Of a stretch of DNA of 64,000 nucleotides, positions 23,889 through 33,108 are shown in pieces. The DNA is from Lama glama (taxonomy: Eukaryota), in NCBI GenBank assembly GCA_028534125.1, contig CM052841.1, positions 67,518,001-67,582,000 of the forward strand, written 5' to 3'. The position numbers and the translations under genes were made by a program. Numbering within the stretch: the first letter of the stretch is position 1; each line of letters opens with the position of its first letter. The notes beneath the pieces are model-generated. The model worked only from the letters and a program-made list of their open reading frames with translations, ran no database searches and had not been told where the DNA came from.

Positions 23889-24206
23889 CGCACTCCTCGT
23901 CCCCGCGGCCGGCGCAGGACCTCACTCGGGCGGAGCGCCCACGGGGAGCGAGTCGCGGGGCGGCGGCGGCGAGGAGCAGGCGAGCAGGAGTTGGAGGAGG
24001 CAGGGAGGCCAGGGCGAGCCAGCCGAGCGGGGCCCGGGCCGCCCCGCGGGCCAGGGTCGAGCCCTCCGCCCGTGGGCGAGCCCGCCAGCCGACCCTCCCG
24101 AGAGCCACCGCCACAAAGAGAACGGGCCAGCGCCTGCTCCCATGACTTGCTAAAGTTGTGCCGGCCCCGCTGAGTCCGCTGCCCCGGCCGTGCCCCGCGC
24201 CCCGCG
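23889..24206 (+). other. COL5A1: COL5A1 exon 1, visible 5'UTR part
   Basis: GC-rich, colinear with the recalled human 5'UTR (GGAGTTGGAGGAGG, GTCGAGCCCTCCGCCCGTGGGCGAG, CCGCCACAAAGAGAACGGG, CCCATGAC..CTAAAGT). It runs into the N gap at 24207. Confidence 0.85.
24142..24153 (+). other. Upstream ORF ATG ACT TGC TAA (Met-Thr-Cys-stop) in the 5'UTR
   Basis: Read directly from the sequence. It is the only ATG I find in the visible 5'UTR. Translation is not demonstrated. Confidence 0.7.
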
Positions 24207-24380
24207 NNNNNNNNNNNNNNNNNNNNNNNNNNNNNNNNNNNNNNNNNNNNNNNNNNNNNNNNNNNNNNNNNNNNNNNNNNNNNNNNNNNNNNNNNNNNNN
24301 NNNNNNNNNNNNNNNNNNNNNNNNNNNNNNNNNNNNNNNNNNNNNNNNNNNNNNNNNNNNNNNNNNNNNNNNNNNNNNNN
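24207..24380 (+). other. COL5A1: Assembly gap (174 N) inferred to contain the COL5A1 start codon, the signal-peptide coding part of exon 1 and the intron 1 donor
   Basis: 5'UTR-like sequence lies to the left and intron-1-like sequence (CTGTCATCCCCGGGCGCC...TGTGGAATGC) to the right. Exon 2 starts in phase 1 and needs an upstream coding exon. The gap content itself is not visible. Confidence 0.8.
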
Positions 24381-27300
24381 GCTCCGGGCGCTCGGGCGCT
24401 CGGGCGCGGCGGGCCGGGGGCCGGGGGCCGGGGCGGCGGGGCGGCGGGGCCGGGCGCGCGGCCAGCGCGGCTGTCATCCCCGGGCGCCGCCGGCCTCTTT
24501 TGCGCCTGCACAACCTTCCCCCTTTGGCTGTGGAATGCGCGGGCCGAGACTCCAAATGCCATTAGCTGGGGGCCCCGGGGAGGGAGACACGCCGATACGG
24601 CACCCCGTGCGCCGGCGGGGCTGTCGGGGAGCCGAGGAAGGGCTCCGTGTTGGATCAGCCAGAGGGGCTGTCCACCCGGCAGGCAAACTTTTGTCCCCAA
24701 ACTTGGCGTTCTCTGTCCCACATCACCAGAGCGCTGCTCTGGCCCCGCTGCAGAGCTTCGTCTCCTGAAACCCGGGAAGGGTCGCCCCCTAGAGTCACAG
24801 AGGGGTCAGTTCTCCCCCGGCCTCCTGGGATGAGGGGCCATTGAGGGGCATCCCAGGAGCCGGGCCCCCAGCCCTGGACTTCTCCCGAGCATCCTCTCCC
24901 ACTGCCTCCAGACTCTGCTGCCTCTCTTCCCAGGGAACAGGGCTTCCTGCAGTCCCTGCCACCTAAGTACTCAGTGAGACATACTGAGGGGCCCCAGGGG
25001 GTGGTAGAGCAGCCCTGCTCTTACGCCCACCTCCTGACCTCCTGGAAGGCAGTTTTTCTTGGGTTTGCCACCCAGAGACGGGATTCATGAAGGAAAGCGG
25101 GGAGATGGTCCTGGAGTCTGGGCAGTGCAGGGTTCAGATGATGTGCAGATGTGGGACCCCTCCTGCCAGAAGCCTGCCCTTAGAAGGAGCCGTCTCCAGC
25201 AGGCGGCCTCCACCAGGCGTGCCGGCACTGACAGCGGCCTGCCTGGGTGCCTGCAGCCCTGACTCGGTTCCCCACGGGGACCTCCTACGCCATCCCCTTT
25301 TGTGGTCGCCTGTGGGACGCGTCTTCATACACCCTCAGTCGCTGGCGCTCGAGGCCCCAGAAGTCCCCTGAGTCCCCATTAACAGGTGGGGAGATGAGGC
25401 TCAGAGCCACAGTGCGGGCAGAGGGATGGGGCAGTGGCTCCGTGCACAGCTGTCCACTGAGAAGGCACTGCTTCCCCATCCTCCCCCTTCTCTCCTCCGC
25501 TTCATACTTGAGGACGTGTGGGAAGCATCACTTCCCATGTTCCACTTGCCAGTTGAGCTAGTCCCTCTCTTCCTGGCTCTGCGAGTGCTTGGTGGGCCGA
25601 AGCAGGTGAACAGGAGTCGGAGTGTCTGGCCAATCGGGCTGGGGGAGGGGAGGAGAGAGTGGCATGGCCCTGGGGACCTGGGGTCTTTATCCCTAGCTGC
25701 CACCATCGTGCCCGTGGGCCCCAGGCTAACCGAGCCTTGTGTTTTTCCCGGGGTCACTGAAGCTGGGGACAATAGTGGACTCCAGGAAAGTGGTGTGGCT
25801 CAGGGTGGGCGAGGTGGTCAGGGGACCCCATGTTGGCCCAGGGACACAGCCCTGTCCCAGCTCCTCTGCTGGGCTTTCCTTCAGGAACTCAGGTAGGAAT
25901 TCGTCCGGGGCTGGGTGCAGGCGGGGGAGCACACAGCGTGCGTTTGCCTGGGTTTGGGTCGGCTGTCTGCCCCACCCCCCATCGCTGTCCCCCGTCCACC
26001 CCCACTTTCTCTCCCTGACTGAGCGTGGCACGGGGTAGCTGCCTGGACCGTGGCTGTGGAGTTGAACATGTTGCTTTTGTCCAGAAGATGTTGAGAGCCT
26101 GTGAAAAAGCCCCTTCTCTGGGTGGGTTTCACAGAGCTCCCCCGCCCTCCCAGGGTGGGACCCGTTTTGAAGTCATCCTCAGTGCTAGGCCAGCGGGAGC
26201 GGCTGTCCGCGGAGATGCAGGGGAGGCCGTCCTCCAGCAACTCGCTCCTCTCCATTTTGGGACTCGCCAGATGTTTCCCGAGTTCTCCCTGAACACGGCT
26301 CTTTTTCCTACCTGCTTCTTGGCCAAGTGTGTGAAGGAGTGAGAAGGAAGGTTGCATTTGGGGCCGCCTCACATTGTAACGGGCAAAGGGGAGTATGTGA
26401 AATGAAACATGACCCCAATATTTGGAAATTGAGGTCATCTCCTTGGCGTGTCATTGGTTGGCGCTGGTCACGTGACTGCCTTCTGCAATGATTTGGTGGG
26501 AAGAGTTGTCCAAGTTCTGTGGGGCTTGACAGGCAGCAAATGGTTAAGTTCCCTCTGACTCAATCAAGTTGGCTGGAAGGACAGCCTTTTCCATCTCCTC
26601 CTCCCACCCCCCTCCCGTAAAGGCACAGCCAGTGGGAGGGGCTGAGAAGCCAAGCTAGCTCCCCCAGGCCTCTCCCTCCTCTGGTCCAGACTTCGGTGGC
26701 TGGAGGCCTCGGAGCTGCCGTCACTGCCCAGCGCTGTGACCGCCGGCAGTGGCCGCGGGCGGGTGGGCCTTCCCCGTGTGGAGGCACGAAGTCCCCTCTC
26801 TGACGATGTCGCTCCAGGGCTGTTTCTGGGGTGCCAGCCAGAGCCTGCCCGTTACGCGCCCGGCGGAGTTTCTGGACTCTCACCACGGCCCGCCCTTAGC
26901 CGAGCACAGCTGATGCCCGCCTGCCCCGCCCTTGCCTTCTGGCTGTCTGGCCCTGTCCCCGGTCTCTGCCTCCTCCCCGGGTCACAGACATTGCTGGGTG
27001 GAGCCGAGGGGTGTGGGGGACAGACGCCCGCTGCCCCCGCCCCTCACTTACTGAGTGACAGTGAGCACAGGCCAGCTCTGAGCCCCCAAGGGTCGAGGTG
27101 CGCCACCCACAGCCCACGGCTCCGTCGCTGCGCCCGCCCTGGAGCCCGGATTTGCAGCAGGGGGCAGGGCGGGGTCCCAGCAGCTGGGAGATGGCACATG
27201 TGGTGGGTGCCCATAGGAATGGCCTGTTCTTAGCCATGTGCCCACACTGTCTCACTGGACCCTCACCCCGACCTGCAAGGTGAGGGGGGCTGGTGCTCTG

Positions 27301-28629
27301 AGCGGCCCAGGGAGCCGGGGGCTGGGACCCTGGATTCTGGGCACTTGGGTCCTGGGTGAACTCCATCTGTCTTTCCCCATCATTTACCAGCCCCCCTCCC
27401 CCACCAAGAGGCCCGCTGCCTGGAGCTGCGTTCGGCCTGGGGCTCAGCCCAGATGCAGCCCAGGGACAAGAGGGGCGGTCCATTTGGCCAGCAGAGTGTT
27501 TCTGTTTCCCTCGTGTCCCCCCTCCCTCCTTCCCTTGTCTGTTCCTCTCCTCCCTCCCCCGTTTTTATCTGAAAGTCATCAACTTGCAACTGCAACGTGG
27601 CCTGCTGTCTCCACTTCTTCTTTTACCAGGCCCATGCTCACCTGCAGGACCTGCTGGCCTCCCGAGGCTTGCCTGCACTGGGCCGGTTGTGGGGAGGCAG
27701 AGGTGAAGGTGGCGGCCCTGGCCCCAGGGGCCGGCAGGCTGGTGGGAGGCACACACGTAGCCACTGTTCATTTCACTGTTCGTCCTCTGGCTGAACGTCG
27801 TTGAGGACAGTCTGGAGGGTGGCCCCACTGGGGAGATCTGGGGCGGCTTCTTGGAGGAGGTGATGCTGAACTTGGCCTTTCCCCTCTTCCTCCCTTCCTT
27901 TTGTCCCAGAAGCACCCCAGAGTGCCTCCTTAGCAAGTGCCCTCATCATCCACCTCTGGCTTTGGTCTCGTCCGGGCCTCCTTCCTGGCAGGACATCCCC
28001 AGCCCCGCTCCACTGTTCTCCTGGGGCCACTTCCCTTGGCTGGAAAGCCCCTCATTAACTCGGTTGGCGGGGCGCCCCCGGCACTGCCTGGCCCGGGAGT
28101 GCTGTGCCAGCAAAAGTGGCCGCTGTGAGAATGAGGGGGCCTCTGAGGGGACAGGAGGGAGGCCGGGGCCTTCCTTAACTCTCTCTGGGCCCCGCACGGA
28201 GATGTTCTGACGGGTGCCGCCTGCCCAGGCCTGGGGGGTCCTGGCCACGTTGGGTCCCCATGCTGGGCGCAAGCAGCCAGCCGTGGGAGGGGCCAGTCCT
28301 TGGCGGTCAGATTGTTGAACCCAAGACAGCGGGGATGGTTGGGAGGCCAGTGTGAGCTGAGTTCCTCTGCCTCTGAGGGTTGGCTGGGCCGGGGCCAGTC
28401 ACCGTGCCTCGGCCTTCCCTGCCGGAAAACCTCTTTCTTGCTCTGAGGGTGGTTGTGGAGACCGGCTGAGTCAGTCCACGGGAACAGCGTGTTGCTGAGA
28501 CACGGGAAACACCTGATGAATGGAGGGTCTTACGTCTGCTGTCTTGGGGGGCGGTGTTTACAAAAGGAAAAAGCATTGTTGCCACAATTCTTCTGTATTT
28601 AAAAAAAATTTTAAAATTCCTCCCTTCTT

Positions 28630-29270
28630 TCTTTTTTAAATTGATGTATAGTCAGTTTACAATGTGTGTCAATTTCCAGTGCACAGCGTCATGTTTCAGT
28701 CACATGCACACACATACATTCGCTTTCATATTCTTTTCCACTGCAGGTTACTACGAGATGCTGAGTACCGTTCCCTGTGTTACACAGTATGAAATTGTTG
28801 TTTGTCTATTTTATACATAGTAGTTAGTATCTGCAGATCTCAAACTCCCAATTTATTCTTTCCCACCTCCTTCCCCCAGTAACCATGAGTTTGTTCTCTA
28901 TGTTGTGAGTCTGTTTCTGTTTCGTAGATGAGTTCACTCGTGTCTTATTTTTTTTTAGAGATTTCACATATAAGTGATATTATATGGTATTTTTCTTTCT
29001 CTTTCTGACTTCACTTAGAATGACAGTCTCCAGGTCCTTCCATGTTGCTGTAAATGGCATTACTTTATTCTTTTTTATGGCTGAGTAGTATTCCATTGTA
29101 TAAATACACCACAACTTCTTTATCCAGTCATCTGTCTGGACATCTAGGTTGCTTGTGTGTCTTGGCTGTTGTATGTAGTGCTGCTGTGGACACTGGGGTG
29201 CATGAGTCTTTCCACATTAGAGCTCCCTCCAGATACATGCCCAGGAGTGGGATTGCTGGGCCATAGCTAC
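28630..29270 (-). mobile_element. Younger L1 3' end (~640 bp) in intron 1, antisense to COL5A1
   Basis: T-tract; CATATAAGTGATATTATATGGTATTTTTCTTTCTC; TTTTATGGCTGAGTAGTATTCCATTGTAT; CCCAGGAGTGGGATTGCTGGGCCATA. Confidence 0.92.
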
Positions 29271-29929
29271 GATGCTCTTTGAATGCAAGTACTCCAGAGG
29301 GAGCCCAGTGTAGGGAGCATGTCTGTCCAAGGAGGCTCTGGGGCTGGTGAGATCCTTGGGGCTACATACGTGAAAATGCTTTACAAGCCCAGTCGAGGGT
29401 TGTGCCCATGTGTCTGCGTGTATGTGTTGAAGCATGTGGGTGCATGTGACGTGCGGGTTTGTGTGGACCCACATGTGTGTTTGTGTTTGTGGGTGTACAC
29501 AAATGTGCACACACACGTCCAGGCACAGGTACGTGTGTTTTCACCATCTGCCAAGGCAGGGCCTGATGTCTTGGCGGAACTCCTGGCGAGGCTGCGTCTC
29601 CCTCCTTATCGCACCCCACCCCTGCCAGATGGAAGAGGAGGAGATGGAAACGTGGCCGTGGAGCCAGCTGGGCGGCCGCGAGGCTGTGGGTCCAGCCCCG
29701 GGACAAGTGAGGTCCAGCGGGGTCTGAGAACCTGACGAGTCCTTTTTCACTCCTGGTAGGCAATGTTTTCTTAGAGCCTCTGCCTTTCCCTCTGTTTCTC
29801 CCCTCTAATCGGCTCATCTGATGTCTGCACTTGGCCAAATGTTAGTGTTAAGATTCTGTCCGGGCTCGTGGAGATACTGGTACCACCGGCAGAGCTGCTG
29901 GTGCCACAGGACGTGGCCTGGAGGCACAG

Positions 29930-30110
29930 TGCGGGTGATCGTCCTGGGTGGGCAGCAGGAGCGGGATGGCCTGGGTTCACATCTCGGCTCCACTCCCACC
30001 AGCTGTGCAATTGGCCTGTTTCCCCATCTGTAAGATGGGGTTTTGACTGTGGCTCCTGCAGGATTCTCAAGACTGTTCTGTGCACAGTGTGTACAAAGCA
30101 CAGAGCAAGC
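29930..30110 (+). mobile_element. MIR SINE
   Basis: CCTGGGTTCACATCTCGGCTCCAC..CCAGCTGTG..CCTGTTTCCCCATCTGTAAGATGGGG. Confidence 0.75.
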
Positions 30111-31309
30111 CCCTCTCACTGTGTCACTGTTATGTCCTCCCTGGGCCCTGAGGCGGCAGGAGGCAGTGGGTTTGGGGCCCGGTGGGAGTTCCTGGCTCTG
30201 CTCACTGGCTGGCCTTATGAGTGGCTCCCTCTGTCCTGGGAATTTTCACACTGGTGCCTCCTCACGTGTAAGCAGCAGAGGTGACCCGGGAAGTGCCCAT
30301 GGGTGGGTTTATCTGACCCCTTGCCTGAGCGTGGAACTTGCATCCTGGGGCAGTCATGGGACGTTTCATGGTCAGCACACCCCTCCCTTTCCCCTTGGAC
30401 CACTCTCTACTTCAAGGAGGAACTAGGGCCCAGTGATAGGAATGGATGTGCCTACATCCTGCCTCCAGGGCTGTGGTCTTCCCTCTGAGACAGGACCGTG
30501 AGCGATGGCTGACCATCTGAAGGGCGCATCCAGGATGGGTCCCCGCAGGGACTTTGCTAACTCAGACGCCATTACTTTCCCAGCCCGGCCCCAGGCGGCT
30601 GGAACGGGGTCCATAGAATGAGTAAATTCTTGGTCAGATGTGTGTGGCTTCGCGGTGGGCGCTGGGGCACTTTGTGTCACGTACATCCCACGGTCTGGGC
30701 CATCATCCTGTTAGCTTCGACTCACCCGCTGGCTTTTCAGGCAGATTCCCAACCTAAGGAATAGCCCGCACGAGGAGTAATGTCGCCACTCTTTGGTGAC
30801 TCAGACCTAAGAAATGGGAACACAGTCTGACCTACTTTTCTCCAAATTTCGTTACACAGAGCTCCAGGGGTAGGCGCCCACCCTGTTTCCTGTGATGCTT
30901 CTGCGGGTGAAATGGGAGTTCCTTTGTTTTCTGTTTCCTAGGCCTGTGTCCTTTCGGGAGGAAACCCGTTCTTCTGTCCTGTTGTTTCCTGCCAGCACCT
31001 TTGCAATAGGGATTTTACTGGCCTCTTTGATTTTTTAAGGAAATGCCAAAAGTGACATTGAAATGTGTGTACGCAGTGGGAGTGATCTGACTGTAAAAAC
31101 TCTGACCCTTGTGTTGGAAAAATAGCGATCTGTCAGTGCAGAAGAGCGAGCATTTCAACCTGAATGGAGGTGGGAAGCGACTGTCTTGCATTCTGCCGGC
31201 AGGGTGACGGGAGGGTGGCGGGCGAGGCGTTAGCGGGGATCCTCCCTGGGTGGCGGCGGGGGACCTCAGGGGAGGCTGGCCCCTGTGTGGAGAACTCGGG
31301 GCTGACTGG

Positions 31310-31465
31310 CTGTGTTTCGAGTGCTTGTGGACCTCTAACACGAGTCAGGCCTGTGCCAGGTATGGACAGCAGGTGCACAGGTGAGCAGGGGGCGAGCACC
31401 CCTGCCCTGGGGGAGCTTCTGGTGCACTGCAGGAATCAGACTCCTGAACAGGTGATTGTATCTGG
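31310..31465 (-). mobile_element. L2 3'-end remnant directly upstream of the minisatellite
   Basis: GAGTCAGGCCTGTGCCAGG...ACAGGTGAGCAG...CCCTGCCCTGGGGGAGCTTCTGGTGCACTGCAGGAATCAGAC resembles an antisense L2 end. Confidence 0.55.
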
Positions 31466-31500
31466 TGAAGTGCAAAGTGGGAGGTAGTGAAACACTCACC

Positions 31501-31890
31501 AGCCAATCAGAGGGAGGCACCCGCCAGCCCCTGGGCCACTGGCTAATCAGAGGGAGGCACCCGCCAGCCCCGGGGCCACTGGCCAATCAGAGGGAGGCAC
31601 CCGCCAGCCCTTGGGCCACTGGCCAATCAGAGGGAGGCACCTTCCAGTCCCTGCACCACTGGTGAATCAGAAGGAGGCACTGACAGGTCCTGGGCCACTG
31701 GCCAATCAGAGGGAGGCACCCGCCAGCCCCGGGGCCACTGGCCAATCAGAGGGTGGAACCCGCCAGCCCTTGGGCCACTGGCCAATCAGAGGGAGGCACC
31801 CGCCAGTCCCTGGGCCACTGGCTAATCAGAGGGAGGCACCCGCCAGCCCCCTGGGCCACTGGCCAATCAGAGGGAGGCACCTGCTAGCCC
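31501..31890 (+). repeat. 40-bp minisatellite, ~9.75 copies, consensus GGCCAATCAGAGGGAGGCACCCGCCAGCCCCTGGGCCACT
   Basis: Units start at 31501, 31541, 31581, 31621, 31661, 31700, 31740, 31780, 31820 and 31861 (partial). Unit length 39-41 bp. Confidence 0.97.
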
Positions 31891-32937
31891 AGTGGGGCTC
31901 TGGCCAGGCGGATACCAGCCTGTCTTGTCAGGGTCTGGCTTTTGGGGTCCCACCCCATGAGTTTGAAGGGAGGTGTCGCTTGTGGACGCAGGTGGCGCTT
32001 TCCCGTGTGTGCCCTTCCCCTGGTGCTGTTCATATGTAAGCAGACCCTGCTCTGGTCTTACCTGTGCAGTGCCCGTGACCCCCACACCTGCCGGGACAGG
32101 CGCAGAGGCGGCTGTGAGCCCAGCAGGCCCGAAGGAGTGACGGTCGCCCTCCGCCTCCCAGGGGAAGGCACACCGGTTACCGGCGTGTGTGCTGCTATTA
32201 GCTGCCGTTGTCACAGCCAGGCCGGGGGCTCTGGCAGCTCCTGGCGCCTGTTCGCTGTGGGACAGCCCCGCGGCGGCAGGGTCCTTGTGCTTCAGGAAGA
32301 GGCCCCCGGCCGCCACCAGCCGTGAGTAGCCTCTGCCCCTCCGCCTGGATTCCTCCTCCTCCGTTTCTGACGCGTAAAGCTGGGAGTGCGGCGTAGGCTC
32401 AGCTTGCTGAACGTCGAGGCCTTCTTTGGGAGGACAGCTGTGAGCCAGTGGGCCCTGGGGCCCTGGACCACGTGGGTCAGTGCAGGAGCCTGTAGGGTGG
32501 CAGGTGTCCTGCACAGGGGAGGGTGCGGTGGGGAAAGAAAGACCGGCCCTGAGCCCCAGGCTCAGTTTGTGAGGGCCCCGCTCGGGGGGCGGTGTCTGCT
32601 GGGGTGGAGTTTCTGGGACCCGTCTTTACAGTCACGTCTCTTCTTTTGCACTCTTCTTTTTCCTTTGGGGAGAATCTGAAACCTTTCCTTCTTTGAGGCT
32701 GTTCTGTGTCCTCCTGGGACAGGAGGTCGAGGAGGCAGCCTCCATTGTCAGTGTTCAGTCTAGAATTTGCTCTTCTAGGGGGAGAGGGTCCCTCGACTGG
32801 TTGCTTTCATGCAAAGAAGGAGGAAGGGGGCTGCATCTTCCGTAGCTCATGGACCAGAAAACGTTCACGTTGAGCAGGTGGGACGAAGAGCATGTTCTTG
32901 GATGGAAGTGCAGGGAACAGGGTTTCTAAGTGTAATT

Positions 32938-33108
32938 TTTTTTTAAATTGTAATAATTTTTTAAAATTTCATTTAAAAAATTTGGGGGGGGAGGGAGATA
33001 ATTAGGCTGATTTATTTATTTTTAGAGGAGGTGCTGGGGCTGGAACCTGGGCCCAGGTCCCTGTGCACGCCGGGCCTGTGCTCTGCCACTTGAGCTACAC
33101 CCTCCCCC
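32938..33108 (-). mobile_element. Vic-1-type SINE with target-site duplication
   Basis: TAATTAGGCTGATTTATTTATT...CCACTTGAGCTACACCCTCCCCC. Direct repeat AAGTGTAATT at 32928-32937 and 33111-33120. Confidence 0.87.

Larger units (their letters stand above)
23520..24700 (+). promoter_or_regulatory. CpG island / TATA-less COL5A1 promoter
   Basis: Very high GC and CpG density. AP-1 TGAGTCA at 23665-23671, GC box CCCGCCCC just after it, inverted CAAAT box (ATTTG 23789-23793), GA-rich tract at ~23836-23865. No TATA box seen. Confidence 0.9.

Noticed and set aside
24120-24206. LARP6-binding collagen 5' stem-loop as in COL1A1/COL3A1
   Set aside because: The characteristic sequence around the main AUG is not visible, the main AUG is in the gap, and the uORF is not next to it.
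26415-26425. CArG (SRF) box CCAATATTTGG
   Set aside because: It has seven A/T bases between CC and GG rather than six.
31501-31890. Repeat array as a CRISPR array or repetitive protein exon
   Set aside because: Units are contiguous with no unique spacers, there are no cas genes and the context is eukaryotic. The 40-bp period is not a multiple of three.
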